This document shows positions 30,384 to 40,591 of a stretch of DNA of 64,000 nucleotides, in pieces. The position numbers and the translations under genes were made by a program. Location: positions 434,001 to 498,000 of the IMG/VR virus record IMGVR_UViG_3300046616_000314, one strand, 5' to 3'. The notes under the pieces were generated by a model. That model ran no database searches. It saw only the letters and a program-made list of their open reading frames with translations, and had not been told where the DNA came from. The first letter of the stretch is position 1, and each line of letters starts with the position of its first letter.

Positions 30384-30725
30384 TTATCTAAGCATGGTCC
30401 CTGATTGAACCATAGCGTCCAAATTTTCTAGAGCGGCGAGGATGACGGCAGCAGCTTTGATAAGCTCGTCTTCAAACTCTTCTGCGTTCGGCTTTGAATG
30501 TTTTCTGGTGACAGCCCCGAGGCAATACGAAGAGGCAATTGCTAGCCAATCATTAGGCGTGTTGCGGGCGTCATATTCCGAGTTAGGGAGACTTAGCTGT
30601 CTCAACCGTTCGGCTTTAATTTTGGCAATAAATTCTTCCCGGCGATCCGGGGCAGAAATGGTCCGCCCATCCGAAAGCCCTGATAGTAAGGCTCCTAGAA
30701 TTTCTTCATCGGATGGGCGGGTCAT
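30384..30725 (-). CDS. Hypothetical protein (MazG-like helical pattern possible)
   Basis: ERLRQ...NDW...FEDELIKAAAVILAALE; ATG 1 nt after the upstream stop. Confidence 0.65.
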   Translation of the reverse strand: MTRPSDEEILGALLSGLSDGRTISAPDRREEFIAKIKAERLRQLSLPNSEYDARNTPNDWLAIASSYCLGAVTRKHSKPNAEEFEDELIKAAAVILAALENLDAMVQSGTMLR

Positions 30726-30726
30726 T

Positions 30727-31389
30727 TTACTTCTTTGCAGTCGGACGCTTCGCGGTAGTGCGAGTCGTCTTAGGCGCCGAAGCGGTCTCGGCGGTAGCAG
30801 CCACCAGACCTTCATTTGCGGTTGAACCTAGCAGGTTTGCCACGGTATCACCGGTCTTGCGCAGATTCGGAGCCAGCGAGTAAGCTTGGTCGCGCTTTTG
30901 GCGCGCGGTTGCTTCAAGCATTTCAGCTTCGATCAGCAGGTTGTTTGCGATACCAGCCTTACCTTCAGCCGAGGCGACTTGTTGGTTGGCGGTATGCGGG
31001 TTGTACTTGGATTCCAGAGGCTTTGAGGACTCGTTCTTTTCCAGGCGACCCATTTGTTCCAGAATGCCGCGCAGCGGGAAGCCTTGGGCAGCGGTCGGGA
31101 ACATCATGACGTTATCAATCGGAACAGCAGCCATCAGACCTTGTTCGTGGAATGCCTGAAGAACACTCGTGGTGTCATTCGGCATCATGCGACGGTTCAG
31201 AACCGAAGCGAGATCGCCAGCCGATTGACCTTCGGGGCTTTCCAGAATTTGCATCAGAACATGCTCTAGTTGACCCGGCAGGTTGTCGGTCGGGATAACG
31301 AGGGCGTGATCAGCGCGTCCAGGGATTTGCATAAAAGCGATAACGACTCGTTGGTCGGTATTCACCATTCGTCCAGTATGTTTCTTCAT
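30727..31389 (-). CDS. Conserved phage hypothetical protein
   Basis: 220-aa ORF starting MKKHTGR with a basic C-terminal tail. Confidence 0.75.
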   Translation of the reverse strand: MKKHTGRMVNTDQRVVIAFMQIPGRADHALVIPTDNLPGQLEHVLMQILESPEGQSAGDLASVLNRRMMPNDTTSVLQAFHEQGLMAAVPIDNVMMFPTAAQGFPLRGILEQMGRLEKNESSKPLESKYNPHTANQQVASAEGKAGIANNLLIEAEMLEATARQKRDQAYSLAPNLRKTGDTVANLLGSTANEGLVAATAETASAPKTTRTTAKRPTAKK

Positions 31390-31392
31390 AAT

Positions 31393-31668
31393 TTAGCCTT
31401 CTTGTGCAGCTTGTTGATCAGCGTAGTCAATGAAAGCTTGGAACTTATTGCGAACCGCTTGAACTTGGTTAATGATGCTCCACGACTTGAAGGCACCTTG
31501 TTCGGCGGCGTGGTCGATAATCTTGACCACGTTCTTCAGATCAGTGATGCCCAAGCCTTCACCTTCGGTGGCAGTAGTAGTGGCTTCCACATGCTCAACA
31601 TGCGGTGCGACTTCTTCAACTGCTTCAACGACGGGAGCTTGCTTGGTGGATTTAGATGTCTTAGTCAA
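31393..31668 (-). CDS. Hypothetical protein
   Basis: LGITDLKNVVKIIDHAAEQGAFK; AGGAG RBS and TAAATA upstream. Confidence 0.75.
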   Translation of the reverse strand: MTKTSKSTKQAPVVEAVEEVAPHVEHVEATTTATEGEGLGITDLKNVVKIIDHAAEQGAFKSWSIINQVQAVRNKFQAFIDYADQQAAQEG

Positions 31669-31824
31669 AATACTTAACTCCTAATAGGATTATATTTACT
31701 ATAATATGCTCTACGACCACCTAAAGTCAAAATTAAATTAACTATATTCGTAAATTATATTAGGTACTTGCTTGACAGATTGAATTTTAGATGTATAGTG
31801 AAGTCATCATTTAAGGAGATTTTT

Positions 31825-31932
31825 ATGAGCCAATCAGCCCAGAATGCCGGTGTTGCCATTCTCTTCGTGATCATGATCGTCGCTGGTGCTGGTCAAATGG
31901 TGCTCAACATCATGACCCTGTGTGGCAAGTAA
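31825..31932 (+). CDS. 35-aa single-TM peptide (not in the ORF track)
   Basis: TTGACA-N16-TATAGT, then AAGGAG RBS, then MSQSAQNAGVAILFVIMIVAGAGQMVLNIMTLCGK. Confidence 0.7.
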   Translation: MSQSAQNAGVAILFVIMIVAGAGQMVLNIMTLCGK

Positions 31933-31944
31933 GGGAGAGTTAGA

Positions 31945-32217
31945 ATGGTGACGTTTCTATGGGTATCCTTGGGTATCATCGTTTTCATCATCGCTTTTTC
32001 GATTTTTATGTCGGTAAAGTACGGATGCGATCATGAATATGGTCCATGGAGTGACGAGCAAACCCACAAGCGGTTTATTCCGTTCGACTACAACCACCAA
32101 TACGACGGCGATCCCGGTTATGACTATTTTGTCGTGACTAAGTTCCGGTCGCGGTTCTGTGAAAAATGCGGGAACGTCCACAAATCAATTCTGGACGAAA
32201 GTCAAGAACGAGCATAA
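31945..32217 (+). CDS. Small membrane-anchored protein with Cys/His motif
   Basis: N-terminal TM segment, CDHEY...CEKCG; GGGAG RBS. Confidence 0.7.
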   Translation: MVTFLWVSLGIIVFIIAFSIFMSVKYGCDHEYGPWSDEQTHKRFIPFDYNHQYDGDPGYDYFVVTKFRSRFCEKCGNVHKSILDESQERA

Positions 32218-32219
32218 CA

Positions 32220-32254
32220 GAAAAAGCCTCCGCACCGAAATGCGGAGGCTTTTC
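32220..32254. terminator. Bidirectional terminator
   Basis: AAAAGCCTCCGCA-CCGAAA-TGCGGAGGCTTTT between convergent genes. Confidence 0.85.
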
Positions 32255-32827
32255 TTATGCGGCTTTCAGCGAAATGGCTGGCGCCTTACGCTTTCTAAGC
32301 ACAACGTTTTCTTCATCCCAGCCCAGGTACGGGAACCACGATTCGTGGGGGATGTAGATCGGGTATTGTCGTCTCTTTTCCAACATTTCGTAGTATGTCG
32401 GTTGGTACGGAGCGATCTTCGGTTGGATGCTTTGGTTGTTACCCCGCTTGTTGTTGCAGGGCGAGCAAGCCGAAACAAGGTTCTTCCACGACGAACCGCC
32501 GCCACGCGATTGTGGAATAACGTGGTCCCACGTCAACAAATCTTCAGGGAAGCGTTGAGTGCAGTATTGGCAACGGTGTCCATCGCGCAGGAACAGGTTT
32601 TCGCTAGACAGACGGATTGAGCGTCTGATCTTAACTTGCTTCTTAGCCATCACGATACAGGGCACGCGCATTTCGAGGCTTGGACTGCGAACAATCCAAT
32701 CATCATAATGCTCGACCACTGTAACCTTTTCCTTCCAAATGAGCTTGATGGCATCTTGCCACGCCCAAGCGGAAACGGGGAAAAGGCTCATGGGCATTCC
32801 GTCTGCGTTCAAAAGCAACGTGTCCAT
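32255..32827 (-). CDS. HNH endonuclease (McrA-like)
   Basis: LLLNAD...RDGHRCQYC...TWDHVIPQSRGG..WKNLVSACSPCNNKRG. Confidence 0.92.
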   Translation of the reverse strand: MDTLLLNADGMPMSLFPVSAWAWQDAIKLIWKEKVTVVEHYDDWIVRSPSLEMRVPCIVMAKKQVKIRRSIRLSSENLFLRDGHRCQYCTQRFPEDLLTWDHVIPQSRGGGSSWKNLVSACSPCNNKRGNNQSIQPKIAPYQPTYYEMLEKRRQYPIYIPHESWFPYLGWDEENVVLRKRKAPAISLKAA

Positions 32828-32861
32828 TACATACCTCTTTTACTTCCTTTCTATATTTAAC

Positions 32862-34061
32862 CTAGTGAATATTGAAGTTTTCTAGTCTTAGTCTATCGTC
32901 TTCGAATTTAAAGTCAACCGAAGACAAGCGACCGCCCTTACCCGATCCAGTATCCAAAAAGATTGCTTTGCCGCCGTTCTTATTGGTAACAACTACTGGA
33001 CTGAACTTGGATCGAGCATCATGCCCGACCACTACTGTTTCAGTAGCCGGAATGGCGTCTACCCACTTATAAGTTCGGATCGCGGAATATTCATTGCCTT
33101 CTAACGTTTCTATCTCGCCGTAGAGACTAAAATTTTCATTCGCTCGAAAATCAACATCCCCTGTGGACCACTTTTGAGGGTGAACCGCAGCGTGGACCAT
33201 ATGCACGTTTTTAATTGACATGGAAAGACCCGAATACGAAATTAAGCCACGAAAACGACCTTCCCACTTTTCGCGGTCGCCATGAGATAGCTTTTCCAGG
33301 GCGTCAATGGTCACGCGGTTGCCATCACTCAAGCGCATCGCGTTTTTGTGTTTTTCGGTTTGGTCGATCCAGCGCGCGATTTTACGTTCGTGGTTTCCGA
33401 TCACCAGGGCGGCTTTTCCATCCATGACTAGATCATAAACCCGATCAGCCACGTCCAGGGTGTCATAGCCATAGTCGATGATGTCACCCAACGAAATCAG
33501 GAAGTGATTCCGCGACCGCGCCCAGCCATAAGCCATGTTGAAGGCATCTAGCTCGCCGTGAACATCACCAACGATAGTGATGCCGCTGTACCGAGTACGG
33601 ATGTCTGCGAATGGATCAGAAATTTTCTTTGTGAAAAAAGGCTGATCCCGGCGGGTATCTAGAACCGTGGCGACTTCATCACCGTTCAGGATGTCCCGTT
33701 CGGCGGAAAGGAAACGCTGGCGAAGGATGGTGTTCGGTTCTGTGGGATCGGCTACGACCAGATAAATGATCGGAACACCGTAAGTCTCACCAATACCCGT
33801 TAGGGCAAGGCGAGATTCTTTACGGAGGTTTGTAGCGACCACAACGGCACGTTCTCCCAAACGAAGCTTGGTGTGAACACGGCGATGGATTTCGGAGAAC
33901 ACGACAGCATCGATATCCTGTCGGTCACTGTCGCCAACTAGGTCATATCGTACTTTGCGTACGTTCAGTATCTCATGCTCTGGGACCGAAGTCGTAGCCT
34001 TTTCTATGGCTGCAACGTTCGGTCCCACACAGATGACTAAAGAGTGTAGAGGAATATTCAT
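32862..34061 (-). CDS. Pnkp-like protein: degenerate kinase domain plus calcineurin-like metallophosphoesterase
   Basis: GDVHG, GDIIDYG, GNHE, HA, GH and DTG motifs; N-terminus resembles a bacterial Pnkp kinase (SLVICVGP...RLGERAVVVATNL). Confidence 0.8.
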   Translation of the reverse strand: MNIPLHSLVICVGPNVAAIEKATTSVPEHEILNVRKVRYDLVGDSDRQDIDAVVFSEIHRRVHTKLRLGERAVVVATNLRKESRLALTGIGETYGVPIIYLVVADPTEPNTILRQRFLSAERDILNGDEVATVLDTRRDQPFFTKKISDPFADIRTRYSGITIVGDVHGELDAFNMAYGWARSRNHFLISLGDIIDYGYDTLDVADRVYDLVMDGKAALVIGNHERKIARWIDQTEKHKNAMRLSDGNRVTIDALEKLSHGDREKWEGRFRGLISYSGLSMSIKNVHMVHAAVHPQKWSTGDVDFRANENFSLYGEIETLEGNEYSAIRTYKWVDAIPATETVVVGHDARSKFSPVVVTNKNGGKAIFLDTGSGKGGRLSSVDFKFEDDRLRLENFNIH

Positions 34062-34099
34062 TACAATAATATAGTCAATCCAACTATATTATGCATTAT

Positions 34100-34339
34100 T
34101 TAAAGTTCAGGAAGACTTGATTTCAGTGACGAAATATTGTCGATGATGGCTTGTAGAGCTTCTTGTTGGCTTTTGATCGTAGACTGGAAATCCAGCAATT
34201 GGATTTTCAACATTTCGTTGATCCCTCGCACCGTAGCCATCCGGGTTTTGAGATCAGCGTTTTCAAGTTCCAACTCTTTGAGACGTGCGGCAAAGTCACG
34301 CTCAAGACGCATCAGGGGCGTGTCGATGCCGATTGGCAT
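34100..34339 (-). CDS. Coiled-coil hypothetical protein
   Basis: Heptad pattern; TAATG coupling. Confidence 0.65.
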   Translation of the reverse strand: MPIGIDTPLMRLERDFAARLKELELENADLKTRMATVRGINEMLKIQLLDFQSTIKSQQEALQAIIDNISSLKSSLPEL

Positions 34340-34677
34340 TATTGAGCCACCTTGGGCTTACGACCGCGACGTTTGCCTTGGTAGACCTTCTCGCCATCGT
34401 CGTCCATGTCATGCGAGGCAATCAGACGGTCATAGTCCATACCGTCGATCAGTAGAACGTCTGAGGCTTCGATATTTTTCTTGGAGCCATCAACGGTGCT
34501 GACGGTTTCGAAGATGGCAACGCCCTTGATGATCTTGATATTTCTAACGAGGAAGATGCCGCGCGCCTTAACAATCGGACTACCCGAAATGTCATAACCG
34601 CGATAGTGAGCCTCGATTTCAGTATTTTCCCGAAGGATGCCGCGTTGTACTAGTTGTTTAATCAGTGATACTTGCAT
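34339..34677 (-). CDS. Hypothetical protein
   Basis: IDGMDYDRL...GKRRGRKPK; probable ATG at 34677. Confidence 0.7.
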   Translation of the reverse strand: MQVSLIKQLVQRGILRENTEIEAHYRGYDISGSPIVKARGIFLVRNIKIIKGVAIFETVSTVDGSKKNIEASDVLLIDGMDYDRLIASHDMDDDGEKVYQGKRRGRKPKVAQ

Positions 34678-35377
34678 CAATATTCTCGTCAATATACGCT
34701 TTATGAATTTTATGAATGTGTTGTCCAAGGGCTAGCTTGGTCAAATAAATGTCCATTTCATCTTTGAGGTAAAGACGGCGAACGTCTCCCTCATAGAGAT
34801 ACATGGCGTCTTTATTTTTTAGTTGTTCTTCGAAACGATTGGTGATGACGTGATCAATATGAGCCAGGGCATCTTGGTCGTACACGCGCTTGAACAGAAT
34901 CGACCATTCAAACTTATTCCAGAACAAGGACTTTCGAATAATAACGAAAGTGTCGGAGAGTAGCAGATTTACGTAGTCGTCATTATCTGGACGAAAAACT
35001 TCGCGAATGTGCTTTGTGTGTAGGTCTATAAAATCTAGGGCTTCCTCTTTTGATTTGAAGAAAAACGAGAAACCCGCTTGGTTGTCCATGACTTTCCAAT
35101 TTTCGGAAAGACAAGACTTTTTCAATTTCGCCAGGAAATTGTTACGCTTTCGCCGATCCTTGGCTACGCGCTCTACAATGCTATTACCGGAGCCTACAAC
35201 GAAACGAGATAATGAGCCGCCGGGTGTGACCGGGAAATAATGTTGGCTGTTCGCGCTACGCTTGGGATAGGAAATCACAACTTTGTAAGGGTACTCTCCC
35301 CAGTATAATGCGGAGATAGGCTTATAGTTAACAGACTCATGTCTGTCAAAATCCATTGCACTCATTAAAAATCTCAA
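34658..35377 (-). CDS. Hypothetical protein with two related half-domains
   Basis: LYWGEYPYKV and LFWNKFEWSI, each followed by an FF/YL-K-x-E-x-D helix. Confidence 0.7.
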   Translation of the reverse strand: MRFLMSAMDFDRHESVNYKPISALYWGEYPYKVVISYPKRSANSQHYFPVTPGGSLSRFVVGSGNSIVERVAKDRRKRNNFLAKLKKSCLSENWKVMDNQAGFSFFFKSKEEALDFIDLHTKHIREVFRPDNDDYVNLLLSDTFVIIRKSLFWNKFEWSILFKRVYDQDALAHIDHVITNRFEEQLKNKDAMYLYEGDVRRLYLKDEMDIYLTKLALGQHIHKIHKAYIDENIDASITD

Positions 35378-35498
35378 AAAATAACTTGGGTAGTGCGTCG
35401 CCCATTAACCATAATTTTTAGTGGGCGAAATAGGCGTCCCCTCAAAATGTGAGAAGGACGCCTATTAAGTATGTCAGAAAATTATCGTTCTGACAATT

Positions 35499-37826
35499 TT
35501 ATTCAGCAATTTCGGCGACTACCGCGACTTCAGGCGGCTTGGTAGCCGCGATAGGGGTCACGACGATCTTGTCTTCGACCACTCGCACCATGGCGATGCC
35601 GCCGTACGGAGTCAGTTCGCCGATCAGCATCATCTTGGAAAGCGGCTTCTTGATCGTTTCCTTGATCAGACGGTTCAACGGGCGGGCGCCCATCGCACGG
35701 TCGTAGCCGTTCTTGGCGAGCCACTGAACAGCAGCTTCATCAAGGTCCAGGGTGACGTTGCGTTCCTTCGCCATGTCTTCCAACTGACCGATGAACTTAT
35801 GGACAATCTTTTCCATATTTTCAGGAGCCAGGAAGTTGAACATGACCGTGGCGTCGAGGCGGTTGCGGAATTCGGGGCTGAAACGCTTCTCGATAGCCTT
35901 TTCCGCATCCTGCGTTTGTTGCTGACCACCGAAGCCCAGAGGGTTCTTAGCCAGCATTTCCGCGCCCGCGTTCGAAGTCAGGATCAGAATAATATTCTGG
36001 AACGAGACCGTCTTACCCGTCGAGTTGGACAGGCGACCATCGTCCATGACTTGAAGCAGGATGTTTTGAATGTCGGCGTGAGCCTTTTCAAATTCGTCCA
36101 GCAGGACCACGGCGCGCGGGTGATTATCCACTTCGTTGACCAGCTTGCCACCAGCCGCGCCACCTTCGCCGTGACCGACGTAGCCAGGAGGCGAGCCTAT
36201 CAGCTTAGCGACCGAATGCTTTTCCATGTATTCCGACATATCGTACTTGAGCATCGGAACGCCCAGCGTGTCAGCCAGGGCACGAGCGGTTTCGGTCTTA
36301 CCCGAACCGGTCGGACCAGCGAAGAGGTAGCAACCCGCCGTCTTGTTGGCTTCGCGCAGACCGGCACGGGCAATGTAAACGTCGGTTTCCAGGGCTTCGA
36401 TGGCTTGATCTTGACCGAAGACGCGAGCCCGAAGGTTCTTTTCCAAGTCCTTCAGGTTGTCTTGTTCATCACCCGAGACCTGTTGAGCCGGAATGTTGGC
36501 GACTTCGGAAATCTCGTACTCGATTTGCGCAACATCGATGATCTTGATGCGCTCGGCTTCCGGGGTGATACGCTGACGGGCGCCCGCGCCGTCGATCAGA
36601 TCAATCGACTTGTCGGGGTTCTTTTGACCGGTGATGTAGCGAGTCGAGAGATCAACCGCCGCATCAAGGGCTTCGTCGGTGTACGTAACTTCGTGGAACT
36701 TTTCGAAGGTTTCACGCAGACCGCGCAGGATCAGCTTGGTTTCCGCGATGGTCGGCTCATCAGCCGTGACCTTCTGGAAACGACGACGAAGGGCGGCGTC
36801 CTTGTCGAAATGCTTCTGATATTCGTCCAGGGTGGTCGAACCGATGCAACGCAGCGTGCCGCGAGCCAGGGCGGGCTTCAGCAGGTTCGCAACGTCCATG
36901 GTACCTTGGCTCGATGCCCCGGCGCCCATGATGTTGTGAATTTCGTCCACGAACAGAATGGAGCCTTCCACCATTTCCAGGGACTTGATGACTTGCTTCA
37001 TACGTTCTTCGAAATCACCACGGTACTTTGTACCGGCGATCAGATCAGCGATTTCGAGCGAATAGACCGTCGAAGCCTTCAGATTGTCGGGGACTTCGCC
37101 CTTGACGATCTTATATGCCAGACCTTCGGCGATGGCAGTCTTACCCACGCCAGCGTCACCGACGATCAGCGGGTTGTTCTTGCGGCGACGCGAAATGATT
37201 TGTTGGATGCGCAGTAGTTCGACCGAACGACCAATCAGCGGATCGATGCGACCAGCGACAGCTTCGGCGTTCAAATCCTTGGTGTACTTCTTCAGGATTT
37301 CCTTGGCGTCTTCCAAGGTCAGAACTTCCTTGGATTGCTGGATCGGCTCGCCATCGGGACCGACTTCACCATTGGGGCTCAGAATGCGGGCGATCTTGAG
37401 TTGAACGTCGGCGCCGCCGAACTTCTTGAGGACAGCGATAGCGTGGCTGTCGTCGTCATCGTGGCTGACCAGATGATAGAGAATGTGACCAGCCGTGGTG
37501 GCATTGGGCTGACCCTCGCGTTGCGAGAACATCGCGTGCGACACGGCGCGGGCGATAATGTGGTTGAAACCTTCCGAGGCGACCGGGCGACCACCCGAGA
37601 CCGGAATGATGCCGCTTTTTAGAATGCTTTCCAGAATCGGCGTCAGGTTGGTATCCGCCGGGGTCAGCACCTTGGACAAAATGTCCTGAACTTGCGGTTC
37701 TGCCAGGAGAGCCAGCAGAAGGTGTTCGGGAGTCACGTACTCATGGCGGTGCTTGACGGCAATGGCTTCGGCGCGGTGAATGTTCGCCAAAATTTCTTGA
37801 TGTTGGGGAGGCTGATTTTTAGACAT
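35499..37826 (-). CDS. clpA: ATP-dependent Clp protease ATPase subunit, ClpA-like
   Basis: [62 protein letters not shown] ClpP-docking loop; no ClpB middle domain. Confidence 0.93.
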   Translation of the reverse strand: MSKNQPPQHQEILANIHRAEAIAVKHRHEYVTPEHLLLALLAEPQVQDILSKVLTPADTNLTPILESILKSGIIPVSGGRPVASEGFNHIIARAVSHAMFSQREGQPNATTAGHILYHLVSHDDDDSHAIAVLKKFGGADVQLKIARILSPNGEVGPDGEPIQQSKEVLTLEDAKEILKKYTKDLNAEAVAGRIDPLIGRSVELLRIQQIISRRRKNNPLIVGDAGVGKTAIAEGLAYKIVKGEVPDNLKASTVYSLEIADLIAGTKYRGDFEERMKQVIKSLEMVEGSILFVDEIHNIMGAGASSQGTMDVANLLKPALARGTLRCIGSTTLDEYQKHFDKDAALRRRFQKVTADEPTIAETKLILRGLRETFEKFHEVTYTDEALDAAVDLSTRYITGQKNPDKSIDLIDGAGARQRITPEAERIKIIDVAQIEYEISEVANIPAQQVSGDEQDNLKDLEKNLRARVFGQDQAIEALETDVYIARAGLREANKTAGCYLFAGPTGSGKTETARALADTLGVPMLKYDMSEYMEKHSVAKLIGSPPGYVGHGEGGAAGGKLVNEVDNHPRAVVLLDEFEKAHADIQNILLQVMDDGRLSNSTGKTVSFQNIILILTSNAGAEMLAKNPLGFGGQQQTQDAEKAIEKRFSPEFRNRLDATVMFNFLAPENMEKIVHKFIGQLEDMAKERNVTLDLDEAAVQWLAKNGYDRAMGARPLNRLIKETIKKPLSKMMLIGELTPYGGIAMVRVVEDKIVVTPIAATKPPEVAVVAEIAE

Positions 37827-38332
37827 TAATTAGCACCTTTAACCTTTTTACTACGACGTGTCTTCGCTCGCGTGAGAACCAAACGGCTTACCCGAGTTGT
37901 GAAACGAACCCCGTTCACATGATCATATTCGTGAGCATAGCACCGGGCGTTCATATCCGCAAACTTTTCGTTCACGAAAATTCCTTCCGCATTTTGGTAG
38001 CGGACTTCGATCCACGACGGACGATCCACGTCCAGCCAGAGATCGGGAAAGCTCAAGCATCCCTCTGCACCCTTGACGATATCATCACTGGTAGCCAGGA
38101 TTTCGGGATTGAAACAAGCGATAATTTGTTCCGAATCAGCCGGTTGCATGATGAACATACGAAACGGGAGACCGACTTGCGGTGCGGCAAGACCCATGCC
38201 GTTGAATTCGCGCATCACGGTAGTCATGGATTCTACCAGATACGACACGTCAAACGACGTGACTGAAAAATCGAACGGGTCGGTAGGTTCCTTGAGGATC
38301 GGATCATCCTCACTGACGAGCTTAAGCACCAT
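37826..38332 (-). CDS. def: Peptide deformylase
   Basis: GMGLAAPQVG, EGCLS, HEYDHVNG. Confidence 0.97.
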   Translation of the reverse strand: MVLKLVSEDDPILKEPTDPFDFSVTSFDVSYLVESMTTVMREFNGMGLAAPQVGLPFRMFIMQPADSEQIIACFNPEILATSDDIVKGAEGCLSFPDLWLDVDRPSWIEVRYQNAEGIFVNEKFADMNARCYAHEYDHVNGVRFTTRVSRLVLTRAKTRRSKKVKGAN

Positions 38333-38829
38333 TATCGCATACCATTCGCGTAGGTTTGGTTGACCATGGCGATACCACGGTCACGAAGGGCGTTGCACTG
38401 TGACACATTGCCCATGCTGATGTTCGCCTGCAAACTGCGACGAATATAATAGGTGTCGTTGAAGATCGCGTTGCGGATGTTTTGAGCTTCTTCGAAAGTC
38501 AGGACACCGCCCGAAGTGCGTTCATTCTTGGTGACACGGCGTGCCGCAGTACCGATGGCTTCACCCAGAGCATCTTCAGCGTGAATGCAGGCGATGATAT
38601 CTTGTTGGCTGACCGGGCGACGTTCCGAAATCGGACCCAGCGGGCGATTTTGATTTTCGTAGTCGATCTGGCGACGAGCGTGGTTGCATTGAATAGTGAC
38701 GCAACGACCAGCATCAATGGCATCGCCGAGAGATTCCGCGTCACTGATCCGCACCTGACCATGGGCTCGACCAGCGTTGGCGAGACCGATGAGGGCGATG
38801 AGAATCAGGACCGGAGCGGCAATACGCAT
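38332..38829 (-). CDS. Exported hypothetical protein
   Basis: Signal peptide ending AHG; four cysteines. Confidence 0.7.
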   Translation of the reverse strand: MRIAAPVLILIALIGLANAGRAHGQVRISDAESLGDAIDAGRCVTIQCNHARRQIDYENQNRPLGPISERRPVSQQDIIACIHAEDALGEAIGTAARRVTKNERTSGGVLTFEEAQNIRNAIFNDTYYIRRSLQANISMGNVSQCNALRDRGIAMVNQTYANGMR

Positions 38830-38885
38830 TAAAACCTCGTGAAAAATTTATCGTATGATCAAATTTAACACGAAATTCTCGTTTG

Positions 38886-39716
38886 TCAAGAGTTGGGAGG
38901 GTTTTTAAATGAACGAAGTATCGTTTTTTGTTCTTCTGATACATTATTAGGCAAAATAATGTTAACAACGATATGTAATGGACCAAAGATGTCAGTACGT
39001 CCCAAGGCAGGCATACCTTTACCATCAATAGTAATCATTGTTCCAGTTTGAACATCCGCCGGTAATTTGTACTGAATGTTTTCTCCACTCAGGGTGCGAA
39101 CCCAAAATGTGTCATTGATCATCGCGTCAACCGCATCAATGTCAGCACGGGTAAACAACTCGGTTCCCTGACGTTGGAACATACCATGTTCAGCAACGTG
39201 GATGATGACATACAAGTCGCCGGGAGGTAGTGACTTGTCGGCATCATCACCTAGACCCGTCATTTTCAATCGGGCTCCTGATTCAATACCGCGAGGAATG
39301 TTGAATTTGATTTCCCGATTCGCGGGAGCCCCTAGATTCATGGAAACCTCACCACCTTCAAACGCTTGTAAGAGCGTGACTTGATAATGAGTGGTGTAAT
39401 CCCGATTGGTGGGCTTAGGGGGCGGTCCAGGGTGTTGTTGATGCCAGAAATTCCGAAGGATGTCTTCAAAACTCGGGTTGTTCATATCAAAATGGAACTG
39501 GCGATTTCCACCCGATGATTGTTGGCGAAGACTATCGCGCGAAGCTTGATCTTTGATTTGATTATAAGCGTGCGTGACTTCTTCAAATTTTGCGCGAGCT
39601 TCATCAGTATTGTTAAGATCAGGATGATACTTCTTAGCCAAACCACGATAAGCGGTCTTGATAACATCATCGTTCGCATCTTGGGGAACGCCCAAGACGG
39701 CATAAGGATTGGTCAT
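38886..39716 (-). CDS. DnaJ/CbpA-type co-chaperone without zinc finger
   Basis: J domain with HPD; C-terminal GDLYV and GKGMP. Confidence 0.93.
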   Translation of the reverse strand: MTNPYAVLGVPQDANDDVIKTAYRGLAKKYHPDLNNTDEARAKFEEVTHAYNQIKDQASRDSLRQQSSGGNRQFHFDMNNPSFEDILRNFWHQQHPGPPPKPTNRDYTTHYQVTLLQAFEGGEVSMNLGAPANREIKFNIPRGIESGARLKMTGLGDDADKSLPPGDLYVIIHVAEHGMFQRQGTELFTRADIDAVDAMINDTFWVRTLSGENIQYKLPADVQTGTMITIDGKGMPALGRTDIFGPLHIVVNIILPNNVSEEQKTILRSFKNPPNS

Positions 39717-39733
39717 ATTATAACTTTAAAAAA

Positions 39734-40117
39734 TTATTTCTTTGGTTCTTCGGGCTTCTCGGAATTTTTCTTGGCATCCTTCGTCGCAGTTTCATGCGAA
39801 GCGATAGCCTTTTCGAGAAAATCGATTACCGCATTTTGTTGACCAATATGAGTGTTGATGTCAACCAAATTATCGGACAGAGCCTTGAAATTTTTTTCGT
39901 CCAGGGCGAGCAACAACACGTCATCGTCTTTCAAGGTAGCCAACAGTTCTGTCAAGCGTGCCTTGTTATATGCCTTCCATTGGACATCACGGACTTGAAG
40001 TGGGTCAACAACCGGGGCAGTAACCGGGGCGTTGGGGTTCACGACCACATCCGGCTTACGACTAATATCGCATCCGGTTAGTAATACACAGAACAGAATT
40101 ACTTTGAAAATTTTCAT
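39734..40117 (-). CDS. Outer-membrane spanin (o-spanin, lipoprotein)
   Basis: Lipobox LLTGC, Pro-rich linker, overlaps the i-spanin-like gene. Confidence 0.75.
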   Translation of the reverse strand: MKIFKVILFCVLLTGCDISRKPDVVVNPNAPVTAPVVDPLQVRDVQWKAYNKARLTELLATLKDDDVLLLALDEKNFKALSDNLVDINTHIGQQNAVIDFLEKAIASHETATKDAKKNSEKPEEPKK

Positions 40118-40518
40118 TTCTTCGAAGTCTCGTTGATGTTAGCCAGATTTTTATTGCTGGTTGCGTTTGCCCATTTTTCAACGTCATCAATATTAGTCTT
40201 CGCTGCTTTTCCAGCGTCATAGCTATTGACTTCGTTCTTACGAGTGGTTCCCGCTGTACGCAGAGCCGACATCTTGTCGTTGGTCTCTTTGGTCAGACGA
40301 GCAATTTCCTGCACATTGGCAGACAATGCGTTCAAAGCCGCATTCGTTGTGCGCAGTTGGGTTTCTGCAACAGCCTTATCCACGGCAAGCTTCTTGATTT
40401 CAGCTTGCGACGATTTGAAATACCAGACAGCCGAACCCACAATCGCCAGTAAGAGAACACCGACAATGGCTCCGACAATAAGTTTGGCTTTAATTTCTGC
40501 AATATTTGGAATATTCAT
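40114..40518 (-). CDS. Inner-membrane spanin (i-spanin)
   Basis: N-terminal TM segment plus coiled coil; TAAATA 5 nt before ATG 40518. Confidence 0.75.
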   Translation of the reverse strand: MNIPNIAEIKAKLIVGAIVGVLLLAIVGSAVWYFKSSQAEIKKLAVDKAVAETQLRTTNAALNALSANVQEIARLTKETNDKMSALRTAGTTRKNEVNSYDAGKAAKTNIDDVEKWANATSNKNLANINETSKK

Positions 40519-40591
40519 ACTCGTATTTAGCGTTGACAAATCTCTATTCTAGGATAGTATGAAGTCATTGATTTGATAGAGGATTGCTAAA

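Noticed and set aside
32255-32827. HNH gene as a mobile homing endonuclease or restriction partner of the methyltransferase
   Set aside because: It is a free-standing McrA-like type with no intron context and lies 24 kb from the methyltransferase
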